Shown: in pieces, positions 33,217 through 45,047 of the stretch
Numbering within the stretch: position 1 is the first letter of the stretch
How the letters are laid out: each line of letters opens with the position of its first letter
Origin: Saprolegnia diclina VS20
Taxonomy: Eukaryota
Assembly (NCBI RefSeq): GCF_000281045.1
Contig: NW_008246085.1
Coordinates: 146,270 to 191,316 of the forward strand
DNA length: 45,047 bases
Direction of reading: 5' to 3'
Position numbers and translations under genes: made by a program
Notes under the pieces: generated by a model
What the model was told of the DNA's origin: nothing
What the model saw: the letters and a program-made list of their open reading frames with translations, nothing else
The model's database searches: none

Positions 33217-35651
33217 TTAGTTCAAGTACGTGGTCATGAGCTCCTTGAGTTCGTCGCGGACCGTCTTGGCGAGGCGCGGAAGGAACGCGCCCTTGCCGAT
33301 CCAGAGGTTGTGGAGGAGCTTGTCGCGGAGGATCTTGAACACCTTGTCGTCCATGCCGGCCACCGGGAGAAGCACGGCGACCGCGGGCCCGAGCGGGAGG
33401 TTGGCCAGGTCGGACGTCGAGGGGTGCGCGGCCACGTCTTCCAGCGCCGTAAACTGAACCGCGACTTCGCTTTCGATCAAGAGCTTGAGGTCGCGCGCCG
33501 AGAAGGCGAGGAGACGTGCGTTCATGTACGGGCGGAGCACCGCGAGACCCTCCTGTCAAAGCGTATTCAACTTACGCAGCCCAATAGATAGAAGGACAAC
33601 GTACCGTCGTTGGGCGGTAGTACGTGCCCTTGCCGATGCTGGCCTTGGTGAAGATCTTGAGACCCGTGTTGACAATCTATGGCATCGACGACAGTAAGAT
33701 CGGAGCGCCGTGTCTTGTTGTCGCACGTGGATGGCGTCCCCGGCCAAGCACGACGCAGCAATGCCGTCCTCGACGTAGCTGAGGTTGGCGCCCGAGTCGG
33801 CGCGGCACCACAAGTAGTTCTACCGCAGTTCGTGTCCTGTGATCGCCATCGAGAGAGACTTGGTTTCTACCTTGAGCGACGCGTCCGTGATCTCATAGTA
33901 CGCTTGGATCGTGTCCCACACGTCGTCGGGAATCCGGCGGTACGGAGCCTCCTTCGGGATCTTGTGCTCGACGCGGGGCTTCTTGGCGACCGGTTCGTCC
34001 GACGGTTCCTTGATCTCGTAGCGCGCGCAGCTCTTCATGTAATGGTCGTCTTGGATGCCGCAGATCTTGCACGTGTAGCCCGCGGGCGGCTTGCCATTCT
34101 CGATTTCATCGAGCGGCGCCAAGCCCGTTTGGTTCTCGCCCGGCAGCTCGCGCACCTTGCGCAGCACCGCGATGAAAAAGCCGCCCGAGTCCTGGTCCGT
34201 GGGCACGAGGCGCATGCAGCGGCGCAGCGACGCAAGCATGTCTTCGCTCGTGGGCGGGAACATTGCGCGCAGAATCCGGTCGGCTTGGAGCTGGAACGGG
34301 ACGTCCTCGTACGTGTCAAACCACTGGTGGAGCTGCTCTTGGTCGCCGACAAGCACCTTGTTGATGATGTGGCCCTTGGCCGTCGCGCGCGACTTGGACC
34401 GCCACCCGACCTGCCACTTGTTGCGGCCCGGGCGGTACGCGAGGCCCGGGAGCGTCCCCGACGCGTCGACGACCTCGAGTGCGCCGTCCGCGCGGCGCAA
34501 GAGCTCGGCGACGATCGCCTCATCTTCGATCGGGTTGAACGAACACGTCGAGTAGACCATGGTGCCGCCGACCTTGAGGAGCGAGGCGCCCCGGAGCGCG
34601 AGCGCGAGCTGCGTCGGGAAGAGCGTGAGGCCTTGGCCAATGTGCCAGTCCTTCCACAGTCCCTGGTTCTTGCGCAAGGTGCCGTCGCCGCTGCAGGGCA
34701 CGTCGCAGAGGACGCGGTCAAAGACGTTGGTGCGTTGAAGAACTCCGTTGGTGTCATAGAGACCCGGAAAGTCCTGGCCGGGCGTGCACGTGACGACGGC
34801 CGACTGCAGCGTGTTGCGCGAGAGGCGGTGCACGAGCATGTAGGCGCGCTTCTTGTTCATGTCGTTGGCGACGACCATGCCGGCTTGGTTCTGGAGCAAG
34901 TCGATGATCTGCGTCGTCTTGGAGCCGGGCGACGCGCACATGTCGAGGATGCGGTGGCCAGGCTGCACGCCGAGGAGGAGCACCGGAAGCATGCTCACAG
35001 CCTCTTGACGGTCAATGTTGCCGTACTCCGTGTGCTTGAGCAGCGTCGCGTGGAAGTCGCGCACTTCCTCAAATTGATGCGCTACGCATCGCGAGAGCAT
35101 TGAACGCCATTTTAATTTATAAGGTGGGCGTACCCGACTTGGAGAAGGCGCTGCGGCCGCAGTCGACCTGCCACGCCGTCTTTTCCTGCGGATACCACGC
35201 AATCGGACTAGGAGAGAGACGTGAGGAAGACGCTCGTCGAATGCTCTTGCAGCGTACCGAGGCGGGTGGATGGGCACGTCGTTGTGGCTGTACTTGGTGG
35301 CATCAAACTGGAAGGTTTCGCCGAAGAGCGACTTCAACCTAGCGAGGATGCTGCTGCTGCTGCGTCCAACGATCGGAAATGGTACCGCTCCGACTCGAGG
35401 CCGTCATAGTTGAGGCGAAAGCACACGGGCAGCGGCGCTTCCAAGATGGCCATCATGGCGTCGGCCTCAGCCTCGGGCACGACCTGCGTGTGCAGCTACG
35501 AGGATGTATAGCGTGAGTCCCGGCGTTGCACGGGCGCGCTGCGTACGAGGTACTCGCGGAAGACGGCCTTGAACTCGGCGAGCTTGTCGGCCTTGGCCGT
35601 CGATGGTGGCTGCTCCGTGGGCTCGGCCTGCTGCTGCTGCGTGGGCTCCAT
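33217..35651 (-). CDS. NSUN2: tRNA (cytosine-5)-methyltransferase NSUN2/Trm4; multi-exon
   Basis: RQEAVSMLP, LDMCASPGSKT, FDRVLCDVPCSGDGTLRKN, MVYSTCSFNPIEDE, DSGGFFIAV; spliced C-terminal exons IVNTGLKIF and EGLAVLRPYM. Confidence 0.92.
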
Positions 35652-36064
35652 GCGCAATCGATCGCCAACCAAAATCTGCACCTTGAGGCGAGTGGCGCGT
35701 TTTGATTGGCCAAGAGGAAATGGCTATATGCACGCAACTTTCTTGTCCTCTGCCACCCCAGCTCCATTTCCCCAGCACTCGACGCAAGCGACAAGAGAGC
35801 GGCGACTGCGTCAGGCAGCCACCGTCGTTTCTATTAACTACCATAATCCATGCACTACTACGGCAAACGCAGAGGGTCGACAGCGCGGCCGGCCAGCACC
35901 ACTACCCCGAGCGCGTTGCAGAAGCAAAGCATGTACACCTCGAGGTAGCAGCCTGGGACCGACCGCGGCCGCCGCCTATGGGCCCGCCGACAGCAATAAA
36001 ATAAGCGTCAGGCTGCGGCGCCCACAGCTCCATGCAGCAAGCACGTGCGTGGGCCACCATCAAC

Positions 36065-38768
36065 TTACTGGCGCATGACTTGAGCGACCGCCTACAAAAG
36101 ATAGTGCGTCAGCTGCCATCGACCACCGGCGCGAGGGTATGTACCTCCTTGGCCCACAGCGCAACGTTCTGCGCGTTGCCTTCCTGCGAGTTGGCGCACT
36201 CGACGAGGAGCGTGCCAATGTACGGCTGCTGCATGAGCGGCTTGGACGCCGCGCCGAGGATCGTCGCGAGATCGCTATACAACAAACAGCGTCAGTGACA
36301 TGACCTTCGATGCTAGTCGACACGTACCCAATCAAGCCGGCGCACGAGTTGGTGACGCTTTCGCTGCGGTTGGGGTCGGTCGCGAGCTGCGCGATAAAGT
36401 TGCCAATGCCGCCGAGCGCGGGCTCGACGAGCTGGCCCTTGTTGTGCGACGCCAGACCCTGCAAAATGCCCGTAAAGGCCTCGAGGATGCTCTCGCGGAG
36501 CTGGTTCATGTAGTCAATCACGTCTTCGTCGTCGACGTCGACCGAGACGCACGCGTGCGCGGCTTGGAGTAGCATCTGCACGACGGGCGTAAAGTACCGG
36601 TCAAAGTCGCCCTCAATGGCGAGGCCAATGTCGCCAAAGACCGAGAGGACCGGCGGCTTGACCGAGCGGTTGAGGTTCGTGTCGCGGAGGATCGTGAGGA
36701 GGAGCTGGATAAACTCGTCGCAAAACACCTTGACGTCCGAGCCGAGCGCACGGCACACGTCGCCGACAACGCCAACCGCCGCCGCGCACACCATGTACTC
36801 GGACGTGTTGCTGAGGCCGTGCACGAGCACCGGGTAAAAGGCCGTCATGTACTTCTTGAATTCGGCGTCGATCGCGCCGGCGAGCGCACCGGCGGCAAGG
36901 AAGGCTTCTTCGCCGGCCGTGGTGTGGCCCGTGCTGAAAATATCGAGGAGGCACTGCATGATGCGATCGGCAAACGGGCGAATGTCGTCGTTCACGCGCT
37001 GGATGATGACGACGAGCACGTCGCATGCGCACGTGTAGAGGCCGTAAAACTCATTCGACGCGACGGGCGACGCCTTGTGCTTGGCAATCGTGCCCTCGAG
37101 GTGGTCGAGGATCGACGAGAGGCGGCTGAGAATGTGCGGCGTCATGTTGAGCGAGCCGCACTGGATCATCATGCCCAGAGCCTCAAAGGCTGAGACGCGC
37201 AAGTTGTCGTCGTTGGGCTTCTGGCACGTGACCAAGCACTTGTCAAAGACCTGGCCGTAAAACTGGTCGAGCTGCTCCGGGCCGTTCTGGAGCTCGCTAA
37301 AGGCCTGGAAGATGTAGTGGATGGCGTAGCACATGTGCGCCGCGACCTTGGACTCTTGGTCGAGGCCGTTCATGATGAGCTGCATGAGCGGGCCGACGCA
37401 GCGCGTCATGACCGTGCCGTGGATCTCGCAAATGCGGCCAATCGTCCACGCCGTCGTGTCGCGCACGAGCGGGTGCGGGTCTTGCATGCACGTGATGAGG
37501 AGCGGCATCGCCTGCTCGACAAGCGGCTGGATCTGCTCGTGCGTGGGGCCGTCGAGGATCGAGCCGAAGGCCATGATGGCCGCTTCCTTGTGGTGCCAGT
37601 CGGCCGACTGGATGTTCGACGACACAAACGGCATGACGACCGGGATGATCGCGTTGTCGACGACCTGCGACGCCAGCGTGAGCGCCGTCGCACCCGCCAT
37701 CGAGAGGTTCCACGTGTCGTCTTCAAACTGGTCTTCTTCCTGCTGGAGAAGCGTGTTCAACAGAACCGGCGCGAGGCTACCAAGCACTTGCTTGACGTAG
37801 TACTTGCACTGGTTGGGGTACTCGGACCCGTACTCCATCTCGGCAATGTACTCGAGCTCCACGTCGCAGATAGACGACCAAAACTCGAGCGACTGGAGGC
37901 CGACTTCGGGGCTGTCGCTCTGAATGGCCTTGAATGTCAGGTCGTAGAGTGCGTTCATGTACGACTCGAGGTACTCGTAGTAGAGGCTGGCGATCGTGGC
38001 AATGCACTCAAAGGCGCGGACGCGGACTTGCAGGTGGCTGCACTGCGTGGCCTCGCAAATGACCATCATGATGTGGTTGCGCTCGTCGTCGCGCTTGAAG
38101 TTCTCGCTAATGTACTCGAGACTGTTGCGGAGTGCCGAGACTGCGGCGAGCCGAATCTTGTCCGGGTTGGTCGTCTTGATGCCATCGACAATCGCGCTGA
38201 GGACCTGGTTCGTCTCCTCGGCCGCAAGCGTGTCGTCCTCGAGGCCTTCGCACAAGTAGCCAAGCGCTTCGAGCGAATAGTTCTTGGCGTTGTCCGTGCC
38301 CGACGTCACGTTCGTCATGAGCGCGGGCAAGATCTCGGGCCAGTTCTTGCGCGGAAGATCGATCGAACCAATCTTGGCAACGACAACTGCCGCCGTATGG
38401 GCCGCGCCAACGTCGGCGTCTGTGAGCGTGCCGAGCGCAGCGGCCTTGATCTGGTTGCGGAGGTCGACGTTGAGCGCATACCAGTTCTGAATCTTGAGCT
38501 CCTGGAGCGCCTCGTCCTTGGCGTCGAGCAAGTTCTTCAGGTAGAGACCGGCCTGCTGGCGACCGCCCGACGGAAAGTCGGCCGCCGCAAGCGCTTGCGC
38601 CAGCGTCAGCATGAGGCTACCGGCGTTCGACGCAAGGGCCTGGTTGAGCACCTCTTCGGCTTGCTTGCGGAGGTTGGCATCTAGAGGTGCATGAGCCCAT
38701 GTCTACCTCGATCAGGTCGTCTTCGTACCAGGGCTCGCAGATGCCAGAAGAGCGTTCGGGATGTCCAT
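36065..38768 (-). CDS. KPNB1: Importin subunit beta-1
   Basis: MDIPNALLASASPD, RQQAGLYLKN, QEEDQFEDDTWNLSMAG, EAAIMAFGSILDGP, VRDTTAWTIGRICE, RSVKPPVLSVFGDI, LRESILEAFTGI. Confidence 0.95.
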
Positions 38769-39327
38769 GCTGCTGGAGGTGAGGAAGTCGACCGCTCGAT
38801 TCTTTGGCTGTGGTGATGCCAAAATGTCGGGATCCAATTGCTGAAACAGCCTGCTTCTGACATCTTTTGACGCCTTCCGACACCTATTGACGGCGAAGTG
38901 AGCAGGTGCCCGAGAAGGCCCCGTCTAAGTACGACCTCATGGCAAGTGCGACACGCGTACGGTCCCATAAGATATACAAAAGCTTATAGACTCGATCAAG
39001 TGCGCCGAGACGGGCGAAGTGGCGCCAAACCATAAGTTGGCCCGATCCTTGAGCCTTCCTTGACACGTGTGGCCAGCCTTTGCTCGTCGCGACGGCAGCT
39101 GCGAGCGCCATTGAAATCCGACGACGGAGTCTCTACTGTATACAGGTTCCTGAATATGACGTGATTCTCTGGCCAACGCTATAGAACCAGTAGCAAGCAC
39201 GCGAGGAGGACAAGCGTCGTTCTGGCTGCGACAGCCGTGGCACTGCCACAAGGTACTTGGGCGCTTTTCTCAAAAAGGCGAGGCGTTTTCTGAAAAGTGC
39301 TCGAAACACCGTAATTTTCAAAACCAA

Positions 39328-39426
39328 CCAATCGACGCCGCTGTATCCTGAAATTTAGACCAATCCGAGAAGCGCTGGTGGCAACATTCTCCACATATCG
39401 TGAAATTGCGCCACGTGACGTGGCAC
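39328..39426. promoter_or_regulatory. Paired CCAAT boxes plus overlapping CACGTG/TGACGT elements
   Basis: CCAAT at 39328 and 39360; gccacgtgacgtggc near 39410-39424. Confidence 0.45.
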
Positions 39427-39662
39427 GCAGAATGCAGAAAGCGGCGGGCGCACCTTGTCTGTCGCTGCCGCAGACAACGCAGCTTATCCTGCGATTGGAT
39501 TACTTCTTTTGCTGTAGTAGCTGCACTGTACGTGTTTTCCTTCGTACCGTTTTATGCATTGGCCGTACTGTCGTCAATCTGTCAACAGACAAGGTGTTTG
39601 CATTTACGAGAAGAACGACGAGGAATGTACAACTACATTTTCATTCGATTAGTCGTCGTGCT

Positions 39663-41341
39663 CTATGATTGCATTGGGACTTTAATAAACAAATCGTCGT
39701 CCGAGTCGGACCCATAGATGAAAAAGGAGCCGCGGGCCGAGACGGGCGGGTCCTTGGCGCTGTTGCGGAACGGGATCTGGACGACAACTTTCTTGCAGAT
39801 CGTGAGGCGGTAGCCATGGTAGAACCGATCGGCCGACTCGGTGCGCACAAAAAGCATAAGCACGAGCCCAAGAAGCGCGAGTACCCAGAAGACGCGGAGG
39901 TCGTGGGCCCCGACGCCGTGGGCCACCATCGGTCCAACAAAGTCCGCGACAGCCAAGTAGATGCTGAACGTAAAGCCGTACATGACGCCCGTGTTGATGA
40001 CGCCGTACATATCCGTGGCAAAGCACGTGACGAGGGACGCGCCGGCGCCACTCAGAAGCCGCGTGAGATAGATCATCGTCGGCACCGTCTCGTCAAAGTT
40101 GTCGGCAAAAATCGGCAGCGCAATCACGGCGGCGACGAGAAGGGCCGTGAACACCGCCTTGCGGGCAAACGCGGGGTTGGCGTAAAAGACACGCACGATC
40201 ACGTCCGAGATCATGGGCACGACAAGCCGCCCGAGGAGCCCGGACGCGCCGCCGTACGTGACGAGCGACGAGGCTTCGTCCTTCGTTCGGTTGTACGTCG
40301 ACGCCCACGTTGCCGTGTCGGGCGCCGCGAGCGGAAAATACGGTAAATTGAGCATCGAAATTGCCACAAACGCGACGCAGAGACAGAAAAAGTCGGTCGA
40401 AAAGACGCACTGGAGCAGCGAGAGCGCCTTGACTTGCTCATGGTACTGGCGCAGCGTGCCGTCGAGGCCCGTCGTCGACTCGGCGACAATCTCAACGTTG
40501 ACGAGCGTCATGCCGACCTTGAAGTACTCGTCGTGGACTTCCGCGGGCACCGATTTGTGCGCGGGAATGCCGTGCATGTCGTGGCCGTGCGCGGTAAAGT
40601 CGGGCGGTGGCGTCCGCAGCACGATCGTGCACGCAAGGAGGAGCGGCAGTAGGACGGGCAAGACGCACCAAAACAAGTACTCGGTAGGAACGTGCTTGAG
40701 GAGCCACCCAAAGTAGCGCACCCAGAGGAGCTGGCCCAAGCCAAAACCGACGTTGCAGAGGCCGCTCATGGTGCCGCGGAGGTCCGGCGCCCACTTTTGC
40801 GACGTGGCCATCGACGTCACTTGAATGCACCCGAGGCCAAGGCTCGAGAAGAAAAGCCTAGACGAGGCAGGGACTATGAGACAACCTATTGTGATACAAA
40901 CTCATCACAGTACCCGACGTGGGCGAGCACCCAGACTCGAATCAGGATTGCGAGACCGAGCACGGCGTAGCCGCCGAGAACGAGCACGGAGCCCAAGAGC
41001 ATGCTCCAGCGAGGGCCGCGGCGTTCGAGCTCGGGACTGAGAAGCGCGACGGGGATGCAGTACGCCACCGCACACTGTGTAAGCGTGACGGACGCATCCG
41101 GGAGCGAGGCGGGACCGAGCACGTAGTCGGCCATGGGCTCCGCAACGACGACCATCGCAAAAAGAATACCGGCACACGCCTGGGCGACACAGCTCGCGAG
41201 CGCAACGTAGATGCGGCGGAAGCGCACGCAGTGACAGACGCAATGCCCGGGCCAGGCCACGAGCCAGCGCTCGGCGCCGATCTCATCGAGCGTCTTTGGC
41301 CGGAGGGTGATGCTCCAGTACGTCTCAAGCCATGACCCCAT
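39663..41341 (-). CDS. Major facilitator superfamily transporter (oxalate/formate antiporter-like); two exons
   Basis: Many TM helices; ERRGPR, QKWAPDLRGTMSG, LLGRLVVPMISD, TDMYGVINTGVMYG; one intron near 40858-40912. Confidence 0.88.
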
Positions 41342-43080
41342 GCTCCAAGAAATAGAATGGACGCTGCGTGTACAGTATCGAGGTCGTCGAACAGTGACTA
41401 ACGAGGCGAAAGCCGCGCCTCGATGGGTACAACGACGTCGCCGATCAGATCTGACGTCCCGAACAGACTGCAAAGAAGGGCCAAAGGGCAATTTGGTGCT
41501 GGACTGCAAACCACAATGACGTTTGGATTCGTTACGTCGCCGCAACCTTTGCACTCTCGTGGAAGAGAAGCCTTGGGCCTGCTTCGCAACGCTTCGGTGG
41601 GCGCCTTCGATCAACGACACCTTGGTGTCCTACGGTGCACTATATGGGATCTCGAGCGGCACGGGACTCAGACGAAGCAATCATATCTCAGATACGGGGA
41701 GCTGCCAAGCCGTGTCTTTTGCATGACGAGTATGGTTTGGTCTTACCGGTAATTTGGCGACGTGGTAAATACCCGTAAAAAGACCATTTTATCATTTCGT
41801 ACGCTGCGGTCTCGAAGAAGTCCTATACTTATAGCGGCTGCGCGCGGCGCGTCATGCAATCAATCACGTCGAACGACCATTACGTCAGGGGCACCCAGCC
41901 GCCTGCATAACATATGCCTCTCTTTGGTATAGGACAATGCCACTGTGGTGTGAAGCCGTTTGACGATTAACCAGGACGAGAAATGGCGCCGACGTTGTTG
42001 AAGGGAGTCGATTCTGATATGTACGACGTGTACACGTAGTGTGTACACGCAGTGTCGTTTACACTGCACTGGCCTCGACGACGGGTGCGTTCTTGCGACT
42101 GGACGACGGCGCTTGGGGGCGACGCTTCTGGCCTCCTGGACAGCGCAGCCCCGAAAGATGTGGTCACGTAATACCATTTCGTCATGGCGCAGGTCGTTCT
42201 TGAGTTGGAAAAAGGCATTTCACTTGCCGCATCCATTGTGTGTTCAGTAGCAGAGGTGGCACGTGATCAAGAACACGGCGGCGCGCTGCCTCGGGGTAAC
42301 CAAACCGATCGTTGCGGGCCATGGTTGCGCGAAAGGTCGGCACATTCAAGACGAGTGCAGCTCAACCAAGAGATCGAATAGCGACATGAGAGGTCCAGCT
42401 CCCGATCTTCTACCGGCACGTGCAGCAGGATGCGAGCCCAGGCGAGCTCCACCAAGCAAATTCGCAGAAGGTGGCCCTAGCATGTTGCGTGATCACCATT
42501 GCGCCGACGTGACGACGAGGAACCAAAAGAACGACAAAGACCGAAGCGGCGGTCCCATCGCTCCGAAGAAAGCCGACAAGCGTGCACGGCCAACACAGGC
42601 CGCGGCGACGCAAATGTGGAAACGCAGCTCTGACGCTTTTCAACACACCGAGCGGTTGGAACCAGTGAGCGAAGGCAGCTGCGTACAGAGAGCCACCGCT
42701 CTGGACTCAATGTCACCACTCGGTGGGAGCATGGACGGGCTGAAGAGCTTCGGGCGGCAGTGTGAACGGTGTCAGAGCTATAATCCGGATCCGGATAAAG
42801 ATTGAGCATCATGGCGATCTTGCAAGATCGAAATGAGCCAAATGACCCGCCAATGGCGGAGCTCAGAAAAGTCTTAAAGCCGCGTTGAGACCGCCCTTGA
42901 CGCACACATAATCGTCATTTATTCATACAAGTAGCGAGGCGGCCATCACCGATAGACCACTCGCGGCAACAATTGTACAGCCGTCGACGGAATGCATGCA
43001 ACACTCCACATGGTATTTTCAATGAAAAACATATTGTCCCTTGGGTCCTTACAAAAACTGTACACATGAGAGGTCGCATT

Positions 43081-44421
43081 TTACTTCTTTTTGGGGTTGA
43101 AGAGCTTGGGGAGCGGCTGCCAGCACTTGTAGTAGTCCTTTTCGAGCTGCGGGCACGTCAAGGCGTAGTCGGTGACCTTGAGTAAGTACGTCGACTCAAA
43201 CATGAACGCGAGGCCGCCCGTAAAGTGCACGGGCTTGAGGTCGGCCTGGGACGCGGCAAGGAACGTCTCGGCGTCTGGGCCGTGCGCCGTGTGCACGCTG
43301 TGGAGCGACGCGCCACCAGGCACAAAGCCGCCCTCGGCTTTCGCGTCGTAGTGGCCGTAGACCATGCCCATAAACTCCGACATGTGGTTGCGGTGGTAGT
43401 ACGGCGGGCGGAACGTCTTCTCCTGCACCATCCAGCGCGGCGGAAAGATGACAAAGTCGGCGACCGCGACGCCAGGCTCGTCGGTTTGGCACGTCAGCAC
43501 CGTGTAAATCGACGGGTCCGGGTGGTCGTAGTTGACCGAGTTCATTGTGCAAAAGTGGTCCAAGTTGTACTTGTACGGGACGTAGTTGCCATGCCACGCA
43601 ACCACGTTGAAGGGCGAGAAGTGCATCCCGGCCAAAAACATCTTGCCCGCAAACTTGGTGACCACCGTGTATGCGACGTCGCGGTCTTCGTACCACGCGA
43701 CCGGGTGCTCGAAATCGCGCGGGTTGGCGAGGCCATTCGCGCCGATCGGGCCGAGGTCCGGGAGAATAAAGTGGCGGTTGTAGACCTCGAGAATGTACCC
43801 GCGGGACGGCCCGTCGAGGTCGACCGTGAAGCGAATGCCGCGCTGAATGACGCAGATCTCATGCGGCGAGACAAGCAGCTTGCCCATTTCGGTAGTGATC
43901 TTGAGCGCGCCTTCCTGCGGCACGATGAGGAGGTCCCCGTCCGAGTTGTAAAAGCACTTGTCGCCCATCGACGTGTTGGCGGCGTACATGTGGACAGCCA
44001 TACCGGTCTTGAGGCTCGGGTCGCCAGCGCCACCCATGGTCTTCCAGCCTTGGATAAAGTCGACCTTCTCATTCGACGCTGGCAGCGCCATCGGCTTCCA
44101 GCGCAGCTGCTGCGGCGTCACGTTCTCGGTTGCAAAGTCCGTGACTACGGCGTTTGTGGCCGTTTCCGTGTACTCGTTGTGCACAACCGGAGGCAGAATG
44201 CGGTAGAGCCACGTGCGCTGATTCTTGTGGCGCGGCAGCGTGAACGCCGTGCCCGAAAGCTGCTCGCAGTAGAGCCCATAGTTGCACACTTGGGGGTTGT
44301 TCATGTTGGCCGGGAGCGCACCTTCGAGCACTTCCGAGCAAAAGTGGTTGCCAAAGCCCACGTGATAGGCCAGCGAGGCCCAGTCGTCCGTCGTCGTCAT
44401 CGTCTGGTGCTTGGTTGCCAT
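43081..44421 (-). CDS. HGD: Homogentisate 1,2-dioxygenase (intronless)
   Basis: [69 protein letters not shown]. Confidence 0.97.
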   Translation of the reverse strand: MATKHQTMTTTDDWASLAYHVGFGNHFCSEVLEGALPANMNNPQVCNYGLYCEQLSGTAFTLPRHKNQRTWLYRILPPVVHNEYTETATNAVVTDFATENVTPQQLRWKPMALPASNEKVDFIQGWKTMGGAGDPSLKTGMAVHMYAANTSMGDKCFYNSDGDLLIVPQEGALKITTEMGKLLVSPHEICVIQRGIRFTVDLDGPSRGYILEVYNRHFILPDLGPIGANGLANPRDFEHPVAWYEDRDVAYTVVTKFAGKMFLAGMHFSPFNVVAWHGNYVPYKYNLDHFCTMNSVNYDHPDPSIYTVLTCQTDEPGVAVADFVIFPPRWMVQEKTFRPPYYHRNHMSEFMGMVYGHYDAKAEGGFVPGGASLHSVHTAHGPDAETFLAASQADLKPVHFTGGLAFMFESTYLLKVTDYALTCPQLEKDYYKCWQPLPKLFNPKKK

Positions 44422-44523
44422 GGCGCTGGTCGTGCGAGTTGAGTTGTGGGTTGCGATCTTTGGCAGCGATCCTGCGCCAAAAACGTGGTGGTATGCTGCA
44501 AAGATACGCCTACTCAAAAGCAA

Positions 44524-44574
44524 CCAATCAGCGGCGTGATGGATTCTGAACGCGCCAATCATCGACGCGATTGG
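44524..44574. promoter_or_regulatory. CCAAT-box cluster upstream of HGD
   Basis: CCAAT at 44524 and 44555; ATTGG at 44570. Confidence 0.5.
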
Positions 44575-45004
44575 AGGCTACTGCCAAACCGCGCGCAATT
44601 TGTAAGCATTTGTCAACCAAAGTGCACTTGAAGTTGGTAAACATAGGGGCGTCTTGCAGCAGCCTACATGTACAAGTGCTATTGAAGGAGTACCGATACT
44701 AGCTCGTGTATAGTATGGCGTTAGGGGAGCTGTTAGGGGGCCTAGTCGCTGGCTCTCGAAAGTTAGCTCCAGGCTAGGCGTGGCACAACGTCGGCGCACA
44801 AGGACAATGACGGTTGCCAGCCGATGCTTTGCGCAAGGGTATATAAGAAATATACCTTATATACCCTGTATGCTGTAGTACTAATACATCTTAGACTCCG
44901 TCTCGACGTCTTCTTCCGAGAGGAATCTTCTGCCCAAAATACACAAACATTCCCAACATGGCGATCTTCATGCTTCGTGGCCAATTTGTCTTGATTCCAC
45001 GTCA

Positions 45005-45047
45005 ACTTCGTTGCTATCCGGATCGGCGGCAGCTTCAACCGCGACTA
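45005..45047 (+). repeat. Start of a third copy of the repeat (runs off the window)
   Basis: 43 nt identical to 11359-11401 and to the reverse complement of ~1086-1128. Confidence 0.9.

Noticed and set aside
33217..33813. Separate small genes downstream of the NSUN2 ORF
   Set aside because: They splice in frame as the C-terminal exons of NSUN2.
38937..39251. WQCHGCRSQN resembling a RanBP2 zinc finger
   Set aside because: The second CxxC pair is absent and there is no ATG start.
41980..42890. Possible hypothetical gene or remnant between the MFS gene and HGD
   Set aside because: Fragmented ORFs with weak coding signal and no recognisable family.

Overview
Eukaryotic, gene-dense, GC-rich genomic DNA with very short (~40-50 nt) GT-AG introns. 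Gene content (GPCR-inositol phosphatase fusion, Kazal inhibitor) points to an oomycete, most plausibly Saprolegniales (inference). There is one 845-nt N gap (11463-12307). Recognisable genes: ankyrin (Yar1-like)/lysine methyltransferase/MYND fusion, myristoylated AGC kinase, EF-hand coiled-coil protein, SRPK, GPCR-INPP5 fusion, two-domain Kazal inhibitor, presenilin, PAP2-like protein, NSUN2/Trm4, importin beta-1, MFS transporter and homogentisate 1,2-dioxygenase, plus several hypothetical genes. The first ~12.4 kb is unusual. A ~1.8-kb mosaic repeat occurs as two inverted copies (1-1833 and 10554-12391), with a third copy starting at the window's right edge. It includes the start of a coiled-coil gene and, in the left copy, telomere-like repeats and gene fragments (LRR-like, Bax inhibitor-1-like); a decayed USP pseudogene island lies beside it. 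The best candidates for something new are the Yar1-like ankyrin/METTL21-type methyltransferase with an inserted MYND finger, a GPCR fused to an apparently catalytically dead 5-phosphatase, and the fragment-carrying inverted repeat. All family assignments are motif recognition by eye; no database searches were run.
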